From: Octopus sinensis
Taxonomy: Eukaryota
NCBI RefSeq assembly: GCF_006345805.1
Contig: NC_042999.1
Span: 107,012,001 to 107,076,000, forward strand
Direction of reading: 5' to 3'
DNA: 64,000 nt
Under the pieces are notes generated by a model. It saw only the letters and a list, made by a program, of their open reading frames with translations, searched no databases and had not been told where the DNA came from. Position 1 is the first letter of the stretch. Every line of letters starts with the position of its first letter. A program made the position numbers and the translations under genes. Positions 39,826-53,900 of this stretch are shown in pieces.

Positions 39826-40293
39826 GAGTGAGAGAGCAGTGCATGCCATCAAAGTGACACTGGGGTAAAATATACGAAGCCCAGTATACCCATCATGGCT
39901 ACCCATCTGATAAGGGTACACCAGGCACATGCATCACAACCAAATGTGTGTGACATGGTGATCGCATATCAAGATAAACAGCATATAGAATTTTCTTCTG
40001 GCCGAGTAGTCCATCCTGCTCAAAAGGTCCCTGAATAAAGATTGTTTAAGGATGTTGAACAAACCACCCATGTTTCCAAAGGTGAATTAGCCAAACCTCC
40101 AAGAATTCCTTTCAACACACAGCTATGATGCTCCCCCAATTCTTCTGCTCATGATCAGAAATGCACATATTGTCAGCCACTAAGGGACATGCTCAACTGG
40201 TTAAGGTGAAACAACTGACAAGCAAATCTGCAGTATTGAGCAGAATATTTGCTGTAGCCCATCTTTTATACCAAGACATAATGCATCAGGGCA
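39826..40293 (-). mobile_element. Second copy of the (ATT)n-bounded non-coding repeat, with internal deletions
   Basis: Same termini as 11376-11927 (g.gagagca.tgcatgccatcaaag ... tgcatcag.gca). Confidence 0.75.
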
Positions 40294-40337
40294 TTTATTA
40301 TTATTATTATCATTATTACTACTACTACTACTACTAC

Positions 40338-40380
<43 letters not shown>

Positions 40381-40393
40381 ATCATTATTATCA

Positions 40394-40436
<43 letters not shown>

Positions 40437-43400
40437 ATGAAAACTCACAGCTTATGTCTACAGCCAGTAGACTAAGGTGTCACTTGTTTACTGGTCATAC
40501 TTCAAGAACCCTGCAAAGAATTCTTGTAGTTCCAAGCAATGCTGATTTTTGTAGGTGTTCTATCTTTACAATTGCACCAATCTTTTTCAGCCATGCTGGT
40601 AGTTGAGTGATGTTACTTCCAAGTGCATTAATTACTGTTGGTATCACGTCTACTCTCTTCATTGACCACAACCTTCGTATTTCTCGCTTTATATCGCCAT
40701 AGTTTTGCTCTTTGTAGGCTGTGACTTCCACAGAGCTCCTAATGGATCATTCTTGTCATGGTGTCTTTTGTATTATATTGTGCCAATTTCAGGTATTCAC
40801 TAACGATGTGCCATACCAATTTACCCTTCTCACCACGCATTCTGCGTTTGTCACTATCAGTAGTGTTGTCAGTTCTGCACTTCATAAAATTGGTCTTTAA
40901 CGCTTATTCCTGAGCTGCACATATGAGTGCTTCTGTCTCTATCTTTAGGTCATTCCACCTCATCCATAGCCACCAGTCCTCTGTATCTGTCTTGGCATTC
41001 ACATCTCTTGCAAACTGACCGTACATTTTTTCTTCCATGTGTTTTCTATATTTTTTTGTTCATTTTTTGTTTAAATTTTTCTTTAGTTACACAATTTTCA
41101 GTTTTGATGACGCCGGCCTTCTTCATGTGTTTCAACAGTGGCTCCACAGCATTTTTTATACACCACCCTAGGATGTTTTCCTCTGCTTCAATACAGTCCT
41201 GGCAACTGATCAAACCTATCCCACCCTTTCTTCTGGACAAGTACAGCCTATTGGTGTCACTCTTCGGGTGGAAGGCTCTGTGTACTGTCAATATTTTTCT
41301 GGTCTTGGTATCCATTTTTCTTCATTTCTCTCTTTTACCATTTTATAATTCTTACTCCATACCAAAGTAATGCTATTGCCCACTTATTAAATGCTTGGAT
41401 TTTATTCCATCCAGTCAATTTTTAGTGCAACACCAACTTCAGTCTTCAGAAATACTCCATCCTCAGTTGCTCTTTCATTTTCTATTCCATTATCTCGTTG
41501 CACTTTAGTACACCAAGGTATTTGTATCCTTCCATTTCAATTTGCTTAATCAAGTCTCTATTCGGTAATTCTATCCCTGCTAGGGACTGTACTTGCCTCT
41601 TTTCTGGTAGATTATTACACCGCACTTCTTAAGTCCAAATTCCATTCTAATATCAGTACTAAAACAGTGGACTGTGTTCACCAAGGGACTCACTTGTGTC
41701 TCATCTTTGCCATACAGTTTTAAATCATCCATGAAGACGAGGTGGCTGATTGTTTAGGATTTTTCCTTTAGTAGTTACCCCAGGTTCATTTTCCTGAGTA
41801 CCAAGGTCAGGGGTATCATACAGGGAACAAAAAGCAACAGAGATAGGCTTTCACCCTGGAAAATCTCTCTTCTGATACCCAGGGTACCCAAGCTTTCTCC
41901 GTAAGATGTCAGTTCAGTTTTCCATTCCACTGTACTTCTCTTCAGGAAATTCACTACATTCTTCACAATTCTAAACAGATCTAAGCATTCGATGATCTAC
42001 AAATGTGCAATCATATCATAAGCTTTGCAATAGTCAATCAAGCCCATTCTCAGAATTATTCTCCTTCATTTACAATCTTGCATTACCATTTTGTCTATCA
42101 GTAGTTGATCTTTGGTACCTCTGCATCTCCATCTCCAGCCTTTTTGTTCTGGCAGTAATATATCATTCTCGTCAAGAAATTTATACAGTTCTTCTGAAAT
42201 TCCTCTTGACAGTAATTTCCACATTAATAGGAGGAAGGAAGTTGGTCTGTAATTGTCAGCAACATTTCCCTTTGATACATCCTTCAGAAACAACACTGTT
42301 TGTCCCTTTGTCAACCAGCCTGGAATTGCATCTTCCCCATTGATCCAGCAATCAATTTATGGCAACTACTGAACTCTTTTATTCAAAATCACTGTACACC
42401 ATCAGGTCCTGTTTCTTTCCAATTGCTTTTCTTTTTAATCATATTTTTGATACTGTGTTCTGTGAAGTGGATAGTCTCTTGCTTGGGATAAGAAGCTAAC
42501 TGCTTCAGGCTGCAGAGCCCTTCAGCTGTTAAATTATGTTGTTCTTGCTTACTCAATATCTTACCCCAAAAATGTAAACTTTCATCAGCATCAGGGACTA
42601 AGCTTTCACTTTTTTTTATCATCATTAATCTCTTGATAAAATCTTTTTTGGTGAGTTCTAAACAATTTGTTTTGCTGGTATTGCTTAATCCATTGTTCAA
42701 ACCTAGTTAATTTTGGTTTTTTGTATTTTATTTTATTTTTTTGCTTTACTTCTTCAATTATAACTTTTTTCTTTTTTTGCTTCACTTCTTCAATTAGAAC
42801 ATTCCAGCCTTTTGTATCTACACCATACGTCTTGCTAACTTTTTTGAATTTCCATTCATTCTTAAGTTCTCCATTTTTTATTTCCTGACAAGTATTGACA
42901 GTACACTGTTCAAGGAGTTTATATCTTCAGAAATTCTCCTCTTCCACCATGGCTGTTTATTTCCTTTTCTATCAGTTGTTGTTCTATTCTCAATAGTTCT
43001 CAATTCCATCCTTTCTGCCACAATCCTACTAGCAGCCTTGATAAGATTATTTGTTTGTGTAATGTTCTCTGTTTCAACGTGTCTCAATACATTATTGACT
43101 TTATTAGTCTCTTGATTTAGTCTCTATTGGTTAGCCTTCTTAAGGTCGCACATAAATACTGTCCCTTCTGTATTTAATAGATCCAAAATTCTGTCTATTA
43201 TTAATCAATCGTCATTATTTGAGTAGTCACTGATCACAATTCTTTCCCAATTCATGTTATTATATTCTTGCGAACAATTGTCCATCTCTTCCACTATACC
43301 ACTTTCATTTCTTGCAGGCCCAACCTCATCCAGCATCCTTCTTTTAAAAGCTTCAAGCTCCTATTTTGTTAACCATCCATTCTTTTGTACTGCTCTTCTT

Positions 43401-43950
43401 TGGTCACATATTCTCTGATCAGTAATTTTGAACAGTTCCATTGCCCTCCATTCACTGTGCATTTGTTTTCTGTACCCTCTGTCAAGCATGCCATTCACAT
43501 CTACTGGGGTGCTCCAGTAGTAACACTCCATAACCATTATGTTTACTAGTTTACTTCACCTATGTCTTGTAGCATGGCTAGCAGTTGCTGGATTATGACC
43601 GGGCCCACCCTGCTGCACAGTGAGGCACCTTCACCATTGGTTCTAGTCCTGTTCATACCATCATCGTCATTTATTTTGCTTGGCATTTTCACTCACAAAT
43701 AAGGTGTGTTTTTAGGTTACTACCAACCAGTATTTTTATCGAGACATCATCTCTATCAAGGTAGTCTGCCAAGACGGCAGGGTCCTTGCTCCGCTGGTTT
43801 TGGACCCTGAATATTCCTTCTCTGAGACTTCTTGCCACCCAAGGCTAATGAGTACAGCCTAACCAGAGCACTGGTTATTTGAAGGTACCAGATACTTGCC
43901 TTTCCTCACACTTCTCCTGTTGGTTTGACAAAGGAGTCGACCAAGATTGC
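40437..43950 (-). mobile_element. Near full-length but inactivated R4/Dong-like RLE non-LTR retrotransposon
   Basis: N-terminal VMECYYW...GYRKQM...DQRICDQ; GPDGVQ; [16 protein letters not shown]; EQKGW...[10 protein letters not shown]; FQGESLSLLLF; HLVFMDDLKLYGK; RLYLSRRKGGIGL; LQKSALLGTTRILCRVLEV. 3' end abuts (TAA)n. Confidence 0.9.
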
Positions 43951-44429
43951 AGGAATCTTACAACCCATAAGTTGGGCCTGTTCCCTACACACTTCTGTGT
44001 GTTGGGGACCATGATCCTGATTCTCACTAGGAGATAGGTGAGCATCAGATCGTCCCATATCTTCATCTAAATATTGCTCCTGGTTCATGGTTCATTTTCC
44101 TTCATTTCCAAGCATGGAGACACTGACAGGTTGTCACCACTGTGACTAAGGAGTCTTATCTACCCCAATTTTTAAATCAGAATGTTCCTCCTAAACAGAC
44201 TGCCAACTAAGGTTCACAAGTTCTATCTACCCGTTTTCAGAATGGCCATTGACTCTTCTGAGTTCCTCCGCCCTTTGCCTAGTTTTGTTTTTAATCCCAC
44301 AGGGTGGTGAGTGTCATTGTTTTTTTGTTTCTCAGAGCTCTAGGTTTTACTTGCTCTGGTTGATTCTGTGAGAGCAGACAGCAACCTGTTGCCAGAGGTC
44401 TCAGAAGGTCTCTTTCTGCAAATTATAAG

Positions 44430-46732
44430 CTTTGGTACTTGGATGTTAACATATAATGGAAGACACTCAACACCCAAGCACCAATCTCAAAATGTGGAGG
44501 CGCAATGGCCCAGTGGTTAGGGCAGCGGACTCGCGGTCGTAGGATCGCGGTTTTGATTCCCAGACCGGGTGTTGTGAGTGTTTATTGAGTGAAAACACCT
44601 AAAAGCTCCATGAGGCTCCGGCAGGGATGGTGGTGATTCCTGCTGTACTCTTTCACCACAACTTTCTCTCACTCTTACTTCCTGTTTCTGTTGTACCTGT
44701 ATTTCAAATGGCCGGCTTTGTCACTCTCTGTGTCACGCTGAATATCCCCGAGAACTACGTTAAGGGTACACGTATCTGTGGAATGCTCAGCCACTTACTC
44801 GTTAATTTCACGAGCAGGCTGTTCTGTTGATCGGATCAACCGGAACCCTCGTCGTCGTAACCGACAGAGTGCTTCCATCCATCCAATCTCAAAATCGTAG
44901 CTGTCCTCTATAGAGCAGTTTTTGGAGCCTGCTCTGCCCTCATGTCAGTTCCAATTTCTCTGACATATTCCTCGAACCTGGTTGTTAGTGCTCTGAGTGC
45001 CCCTACAACTACTGGGAAAATAGTTACTCTCCTCATTGCCCACATTCTTGCAATTTCCTCTTTTTGTAGTCCGTATTTCTATCTTGTTTCCAGCTCTTTG
45101 TCATCTATGTGTACATCACCAGTTATGGCAATATCTATGATCTTAGTTTCCATTTTTCTTTTATCTTAACAACAATGCCTGCTCTCTGAGTATCCATTAG
45201 GAAGTCACACTGGATTATAAAATCTCACAGTATCTTGTATTCATTGTTCTCAGTGGCACCCTCTTATTCATGTTTGTACCATTTCCATGCTCTGCCCAGA
45301 ACTTTTCACACAGTCTCCAGTGAACAAACTTAGTCATGCTGTCATGCCTCCTTTTGTAATGCTTTTAGGCCAGCTTGCTACACTCACTCACTCACAATAT
45401 GTGAGACTGTTTCAGTTTTACAGCCACACATGCTACAAAAGGGTGGTTCACTTTTCTTACTTATTTGGAACTTGGTGTAACTAGTTCTCAGAGTTTGTTC
45501 CTGGGTGCTGCATATCAGTGCTTCAGCGCATCCTTTCAGATAACTTTTTCTTGGTCACCTTCAGATGTTTGCCTTGTCTTTCCTTTTGATTTCTTTGTGG
45601 TATTGCCCATGCATTGTTTTCATTTTCTAACTGTTTATTCTTTGTTCTTCATCTTATTCTTGAATGTTTTTTAGGTGCACTACATTTACTGTAGGTATCA
45701 TGTTATTTCAAACAGCAGCAAGCAAGGATTCACTCTGCTGTTTGGTGTAGCATCCCAGATTGGTCTTCTTGCTGGCAACACAAATCTTGCATCCTAGGAG
45801 GTCTCTTCCTCCCTTGTTCCTAAGCATATACTGTCTATCAATATCACTTTTTGGGTGTCATTCCTTGTTATCAATTTCCTCATTTTTCTATCCATTTCCT
45901 CAAGCTCATGCTTTGTCCACCTAATGACACCTGCTCTGTATCACATTAAGAAAACAGCTCATATGTTCCTTGCCCTGATCTTGTTCTTTCCATTGAGTCT
46001 ATTCCCAAAAATTAATTTGGTTCTTCTGAGATATTCTCACCTAAAGCTTTCCTTCATCTCATTCTCCTTGATTTTGTCATACTCCAAAATACCTAGATAC
46101 TTATATCAGTCTCAACATCCTAGATTTTCTCACCATTGGATAGTTTTACAGCATCAGGCAATAATACTTTGCCTTTTTGTATTATAAGCATACCACACTT
46201 TTTAGTCCCAAATTCTATTTCAATATCCTTACTGAATATCTGCACTGTTGTGACCAGGCCATTTATTTCACATTCAGTCTTCCCAAAGCCATACATGTGT
46301 AACAGATTATTTAGTTTTTCTACACTTTCCTCTGTAACCCAAAGTCACTTTCCATATTATCTGTGTGAGGGGTATTGTACAGATCACAAAAACCAATGGT
46401 GATAGGCTATCTCCTTGAAATATGCCTCTCTTGATGTTAAACCTCACCAAAATTTGTCCACATGACGTTAACTCTGTATTCCAGTTCTTCATTGATCTCT
46501 TAATAAAATTTAAGACGTTATCAGACACATGTACCAACTGAAGACTTTCTAAAATCCAGGAATGGAGAAACATGTCATATGCTTTCTTACAATCGATCCA
46601 CACTGTACCCAGATTAGTATGTTTTTTCTTGCAGTTGTTCAGCACCATTCTGCCTATCAGAAGTTGGTCTTTTGTCCCTCTACTTTTCCTCCTGCGTCCC
46701 TTCTGTTCTTCTAGCAGTTTGTCATTTGTCAC
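44430..46732 (-). mobile_element. 5'-truncated R4/Dong-like retrotransposon immediately upstream of the 40.4-44 kb copy
   Basis: [68 protein letters not shown], ALxRTATILRLVLGC; 5' junction abuts (TAA)n. Confidence 0.88.
44494..44882 (+). mobile_element. tRNA-derived SINE with 13-bp TSD inserted in the LINE C-terminus
   Basis: A box tggcccagtggtt; TSD ccaatctcaaaat at 44481-44493 and 44883-44895. Confidence 0.9.
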
Positions 46733-46774
46733 TATTATTATTATTATTATTATTATCATTATTATTATTATTAG

Positions 46775-48620
46775 GGCAGTGATCTGGCAGAATCATTAGC
46801 ACACTGGGCAAAATACCTAGCGGCATTTCGTCTACCATTACGTTCTGAGTTCAAATTCCACCAAGGTCAACTTTTCCTTTCATCCTTTCAGGGTCGATTA
46901 AATAAGTACCAGTCATGCACAGGGGTCAATGTAATCGACTTAATCTCTTCCCCCTTGTGCTTCCAGTGGAAAGGATTATTGTTATGGCAGCTTGCTGGCA
47001 GAATTGTTAGCATGCCAGGTGAAATGCTTAGTGGTATTTCACCCATTACTATGTTCTGAGTTCAAATTCAGCCAAGGTCAACTTTACCTTTTATCCTTTC
47101 AGGGTCAATAAATTAAGTACCAGTGAAACACTGGGGTCGATGTAATCAACTAGTCTCCTCCTCAGAAATTTCGAGCCAAATGCCTTTAGTAGATAGGATT
47201 ATTATTATTATTATTATTATTATTGTTATTGTAATTGTTGCTATGGCTTTTGTTGTTATTATTCTCTTCTTTTTCTTCTTCTTCTTCTTCTTCTTCTTCT
47301 TCTTCTTCTTCTTCTTCTCTTCTTCTTCTTCTTCTTCTTCTTCTTCTTCTTCTTCGCCTCCTTCTTCTTATTATCATTATCATTATTATTAGTAATAGTA
47401 GTAGTAGTATTATATAAGGCAGCAAGCTGACAGAATCATTACCACATCAGGCAAAATGCTCAGCAGCATTTCATTTGTATTTACATTCTGAGTTCAAATT
47501 CTGCCTTTCATACTTTCAGGGTCAATAAAATAAGTTATAGTTATAGTAATAATTTTTCTACTAAAGGCACAAGGCCTGAAATTTTGTGGGAGGCGGCTAG
47601 TCATTTAATTTTTCGATGATTCCAATACTCAACTGGCGCTTATTTCATGATCTCAGAAAGGCAAAACTGATCTCATTAGAATTTGAACACAGTACATAAT
47701 GACAAGAATTGCTGCTAAGCATTTTGTCCAGTGTGATCCAGCCAGGTCACTGCCTTACCTATAGTAATAATAAAAAATGAGTTCAAGAGTCAGGCCTTGC
47801 ACCTTTAATAGAAAAATTATTACTATAATTGGCAGTGCCCAGTACAGCCACAGCTTTAGGACTGAAACATGTAGAAGAATAGAAGAATAACTGTTAGGGT
47901 GGCAAGTTAGCAGAATCATTCGAGTATTGAAAAAAAATGTGTTTTGAAAAACTTGTTCCAACTCTTTACATTCTAAGTTTAAATTCTTCCAGGGTCAGCT
48001 TTAACTGTCATCTCTTTGGAGTCAATAAAATAAAATATTGAGGTTGGGGATATCAATCAAGTACCATGGTTAATGATATCAACAAACTCTTACCTTTCAA
48101 AATTACTAAATTTATGCTTAAATCAGAGACAATATTCCTATAATTATCATTACGGGTCATGGATGGAAAGCCTTTCATTTGAATTATATTTGACAATAAC
48201 AATAACTCACTTGGAATAATTGTAATATTGGTTTCAAATTTTGGCAGAAGGCCAGCAATTTGGGGAAAGGTGTAAGTCAATTTCAACAATCCAGAGTCAA
48301 ACTGGTACCTATTTTATCAACCCCAAAAGAATGAAAGGCAATGTTGACCTCAGCAGAACTTTAACTCAAAACATAAAGGGAGACATAATACCTATTTCTT
48401 TACTACCCACAGGGGGTTAAACACAGAGAGGACAAACAAGGACAGGCAAACGGATTAAGTCGATTATATCGACCCCAGTGCGTAACTGGTACTTATTTAA
48501 TCGACCCTGAAAGGATGAAAGGCAAAGTCGACCTCGGTGGAATTTGAACTCAGAACGTAGCTGCAGACAAGATACCACTAAGCATTTTGCCCAGTGTGGT
48601 AATAATTCTGCCAGCTTTCT
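46775..48620. mobile_element. Cluster of about seven SINE family B copies in both orientations, with (ATT)n/(CTT)n microsatellites
   Basis: Plus copies near 46775, 46985, 47417 and 47900; minus copies near 47560, 48225 and 48390. Confidence 0.8.
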
Positions 48621-50474
48621 ACCAAAGGAAAAATTAAAATTTTAGCAGAATTCCAGCAACCTTAGCAGCAAAAGTCAGCCAAAATTTGTTAAAGAATAGA
48701 ATATTGTCTTTTATTATATTATTTTACCCATTTTCATCATTGAACTGACCCTACTTTGGTACACCATCCAATTATATAATGTATAAATATACAAACTGTA
48801 AAATACTCGGCAGACTTCATAATCTGCCACTCTGCTAGGGTTCACTGTGTCAGATAATGATGCTTGCCTACTCAAAGACACCGGACACTGTCTTTTAGTT
48901 CATTTACTTGTTGTCTAATCTCACATGCATAATAAACTAGCTGATGTAGCCACTTTTTCCGTATTTTTTCTTCTTGTAATTTCCTTGAAAAACTCTGTAG
49001 TTTACCTTCTGAGAAATTGAAAAGCCGAAAGTAAAAGAAACAATAGTAGCAGAAATACTAATTGTGATAGTATTAGTAGTCATATAAGTAGTGGTATTTG
49101 TATTAATAGATTTGTTTTCACTCAATATACAAACGCGTATGAACATATATGTGTAAGTAAGGTGAAGTCTCTACTGAGAATAAAATATATTGCTAAAATT
49201 ATCAGTAATATTAAACAAACAGACATATCTTGATTCTTATTGATCAACGCTTTTGTTTATTTCTTTACAATTGGCTTTCTGTCTATGTGTATTTTGTTAA
49301 TGGGGGCTCTATGGGAGACTGTTTTGTTGTTTCTAATTCTTTTTTTCTTCTTTTTCTTTTTACTTTTTTGGTCATTTGAATAAAAGTCACGTAAATTTTC
49401 AAATCTGGAAGTAAAATATCTTTCACAGAAACTGTTGAATAGAATAAACGTCAGCATGAATAAGTGTTTTTGTCTAAAACTTGCATCAGCTCTATTCATA
49501 ATTTAATAACTTTGCACCAAATCTACCATAAATTCAACATACAATATAATAGCTAGTATTGTAATAAACCTTTCACCAATACAATATACAGTTTATGTCA
49601 TAAAATATTGAACCAACAAGTAAGACTTTATGTGATTACTCAACCTGCTAAAAACAGCAGCTAAATTTTCTCTTAACTTACTCTATTTTACAAGAAAAAA
49701 GGCAAGCTTGCTTAACTGCAAAAAATAGTAACCAAGTTCCCGAAAATCGCACCTCCTTATTGTCTTAAAAAAGTTAAAGGACACATTAAATTGTGTAGAC
49801 ATAGTTGGCCCTAAGAAAATGGAATAGTGAAGGCTGGAAAACCTTTGTACATAAGCATGCTCAGTTAAGACTGACCTTGGATTAAATGAAGTTTAATCAT
49901 TAACAATTAACAATTCTATACTAAAATCAGTGTAGGTTTAATTATTTTTTTATCATACATATATTCATACTCTGTTTATAGTTAATGTTGAATTTTGTAA
50001 GGAAAACTCCTTATTCAGGACTTTTAAAACAAATATATAAAAAAATAATAAAAATATAAGAAGAAATCTATCTTTAGTTTTAAGATTTATCGCATTTTTT
50101 AACATTTAAACTGAAAATTGTAATTTGATAGTAAACTAATCGTTTCTTACATAGGCACAAGGTCTGGAATTTGGTTCAAAGTGCTAGTTTGACCCAACTA
50201 CTTGACTTGAACTTTATTTTATTGACTCTGAAAGGATGAAAGACAAGGTTGACCTTAATAGGATTTGAACTCAGAATGTGTTTTACAAAAATTTAATAGT
50301 AAAATAATAAAATGATACACATTTGGGGCCACTCTTAGAATGCAAACTAAAACTTGAGCCAATGACGAAGCATGTATACAAATGTCATTTAACCTGTTAG
50401 AAATGGCAGCTAAATTTACTTCCAATCACACCCTACAGTCTCAAAGAAAATAAAACATCAACAGCATAGTCCTA

Positions 50475-50945
50475 CATCATCAGCATCATTATCATTTAAC
50501 GTCCGTTATCCATACTAACATGGGTTGGACGGTTTGACTGGGGTCTGGGAAGCCAGGAGGTTGCACCAGGCTCTAGTCTGATCTGGCAGAGTTTCTACAG
50601 CTGGATTCCCTTCCTAACGCCAACCACTCCGTGAGTGTAGTGGGTCATTTCTATGTGCCACTGGCACAGGTGCCAGGGGAAGCTGGAAGTGGCCACAATC
50701 AGTTGGTGCTTTTTACTTGCCTCTGGCACAGGAGCCAGTCAAGGCAACGCTGGCATCGGCTACATTCAGATGGTGCTTTTTATGTGCCACCGGCACAGGT
50801 ACCACAACTACAATTTCCATTTGATTTTTTATTTTGATGTTGATGTACTTGACTCAATAGGTCTCCTCAAGCACAGCAGGTCACCCTACAATCCAAGGTA
50901 AGCACAGCAGGCCATTCTGCAATCCAAGGTACTTTGGATAGGCTG
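50475..50945 (-). mobile_element. RTE-type 3' end
   Basis: catttaacgtccgtt.tccat.ct..catgggttggacgg...gtacttgactcaataggtctcctcaagcacagcagg. Confidence 0.8.
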
Positions 50946-53900
50946 GGGCTGCTATGTGAAATTGATGCAGGAAACAGCCATGAACTCACATTATTTGTGG
51001 GGTCAAACATTACTTTGGCTCAAATGACTTGGATCATAGATTTGATTCATCAATTCTCGGCCAAAACTTTAGAAGAAACAAAACTTCTAGACATTTCAAT
51101 GACAAGGTTTCCTAACTCTGACTCTGAAGTACACCAAATATGTAAAAGAGCTGCAGCATTTTATTAGTCCTACTACTTGTTATTAAGTAACATATAAGAA
51201 CTAATGTAGAAGTCTTAATTCATGAGAAAGGTAATCATCAGGTTGTTGGTATTTGTATTTTTCTAAAGACAAATTAATTAGGTTAATTTTTTTTCTGTAA
51301 TAAGAAAATTGTTGTTCCTTATCAGGATCAAATTATCTTGTGAGGTGCTCACTATATAATCCTAATTGCAATGGATGAATCATCTAGTAAGACTGATATT
51401 TAATTGGCAAAGTAGCTCTTTTGTATACAACTTAAAATTGATACAAAATCTGTTGGTCATCCCTTGAAATCATAGAAGAATTACTTAAAAACTGGCTTCA
51501 CTATGGATACATGCAACTATGAAACAACTATTTTCTATGCATAGAAATTTATTGTAGTAGCATCCAAGAACATAGATATGAAATAAAACTGCTCCAAGTT
51601 TTCAAGAAAATATCAGGCTCCTTGTTACCAAGGCCAACTGTTTCATTTACTGTAAAGCATTTCTTCAATGTATGGTTAAAAAGTCTATGCTGCAAGTAGA
51701 TGATTTTGAACTGTATCTCATACCATATCAGGAGTCTTTTACCACAACATAGAAGTGATAGAAGTGTTGTGAGTGAAATTTGGTAGACAGTACAAGCCCA
51801 TCAAAAGCACTGTTCATATCTTAAGGGAACAGACTTAATACATTACCTAGTTAGTACCACCATTATAGTCTTTGCATACCAATACAGACACTTATCTGAG
51901 GATAACTTCCTGCTACCAGTATATCATAGTATTTAATAGAAATATCAGTTACTTGATATTCTACCACAGCTAATTTATTTTAGCTTTGTGTATTAACATC
52001 TTATTTAATTTAGAGGATAGTTTTCCTGACAAAAGATATTTTTATCAGCATCAGTTAGATTTTTCAAATAACACACAACTGCACTCAGTTGTATTTACTC
52101 AGCTGTATTCAATTACACTCTAAAAAAATTACTGATCTTAATTAAAATTACCGTTATTTGCAAAAGATATAAAATATTCACTTTAATAATTTTGTACTAA
52201 ACTATCCTTAAAAATCAGCATGAAATTCAATATCTAATTTATCAAGAATTACATAAAAATTTCTGTAGACAGTTGAGAGGCTATTATCAAACTTCCTCTA
52301 AAACCAGTCGAAATATTCACACCAAATGTACTTCAGCTAAATATTTAATGTAAAAACGATAGTTCTGTATTTGTTCTATAGCCTGTCTAAATGAAAATTA
52401 TAATTTACATGAATTTATAAGACTGGTTTAGTAATCTTTTGAAACGAACATAATTTTTTTAACCTGTGACCAATTAATTATATCATTTGGTCAACTGGGA
52501 ACTGTATCTAGGCTAACCCCCTTTGTCACTATTTACTTCTTTATTTCTACAAGTTATTTTAGTTATTTTAGCATTGTTTTCTTAAATAGCATATACACTT
52601 CTTTTGCTTTCTTAATCTATAGATTGAAATTTTAATTATAGTGGGACAGTTATGAAACCAAGCCTATATTAATCAATAAAAAATTGTTGACTGGACAAGA
52701 GAAGCTAAATATTTGGCATTTGTGTTAGAAATATTTTTCTTGAAAACAAGTTGTTATGTTAATGATTGTAACTTTTGCAATTTATTTTTTTTATCCTTAA
52801 TAATATTTTTTAATGAAATTCAGAATTCATTGGTGTTGGAATAAAACTTCATATTGCTGATTAGCTTCTGTGGTAGGGCTTCCCCAGAAAACAATAACAC
52901 TTGTCATTTACTTGCAGATGCCATATTATTTTATTAAAAGCTATCTGATATTTATTCTTGTTCAAATGGACACTAGTTGTCAACTTGTCAAACATACAAG
53001 CAGAAAATGGAGGCTATAAACAGAGTTGAACAAACATGCCTGAAGTAGACAGTTTCATAATGTGATGCTATACTTGAACATCATAAAAAATTAGAATATT
53101 GGAGTGTCTTACTTATAAGTATATGGTTACTATTGAAAGCCAGAAGTAATCATCAGCTATAATAATATTATCCTTATAAAACATACACAAGGAACATGAT
53201 AAGAATATTTCTTTCCTTCTTTAATTCCTTGTCAAATTTTTCCAGCCTAATTCAATATACAGTTTAGAAGCTTTCACCAAAACTTTCACACATTCAGTGA
53301 AATGTTTTCATACAAAATTCACATTCAGTAAATATTCAATACAAAACTTTAGTTTTGTGTGTAACTTGCAGTAAATCTACACAAAACTCTCCTACACAAT
53401 AGTTTGGTAGAGTTTTCTCTCAGATGTAAATACTTCATGCTAGTGACAAAGTGATTTTTTTTTTCATCAGCTAGGTCTGGAAGAAAGGACTGTACCCATG
53501 CTTTACTGGCCATCAAGGGCCTTTAAGACTGATGCCATAAATGTTCATTGAAATTCCAGAGGTATAACATTCTGGAGAAGCCTTGGGCATAGTGGTTAGT
53601 ACAGAACCCTATAAATGGATGCAACATGGTAATGATTAAAGGAGAGATGAGTGAACAGGGAATGCCAGAACCAAGGAATTGCAACCACTGTAAAAAAGAT
53701 GTAAAGAGACAGTACATTTGTAGGTACAAGATTGAAACATTTCTGTGTCAAACATACAAACTCAAAATAGAGAATATAAATAACCTTGAACAAATACACC
53801 TGAACTAAACAGTTTCTTTTTTCCTATATAATTCTTTCTTCTATATACTTTTTCTTATTTTAATATTCCTTCACTGACTGATTGATTCTGACCATGATCT

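Noticed and set aside
43700-44430. HDV-like ribozyme at the 5' end of the R4/Dong-like element
   Set aside because: Such ribozymes are known in related clades, but I could not fold a nested double pseudoknot here; a covariance-model search is needed.
50934-51167. 77-aa ORF, and an exon-like segment on the opposite strand
   Set aside because: It begins inside an RTE remnant and has no recognised homology; the minus-strand segment has stops in all frames.
53626-53808. RNCNHCKKDVKRQYICRYKIETFLC as a piggyBac Cys-rich tail
   Set aside because: The Cys pattern is incomplete and no transposase core is recognisable nearby.
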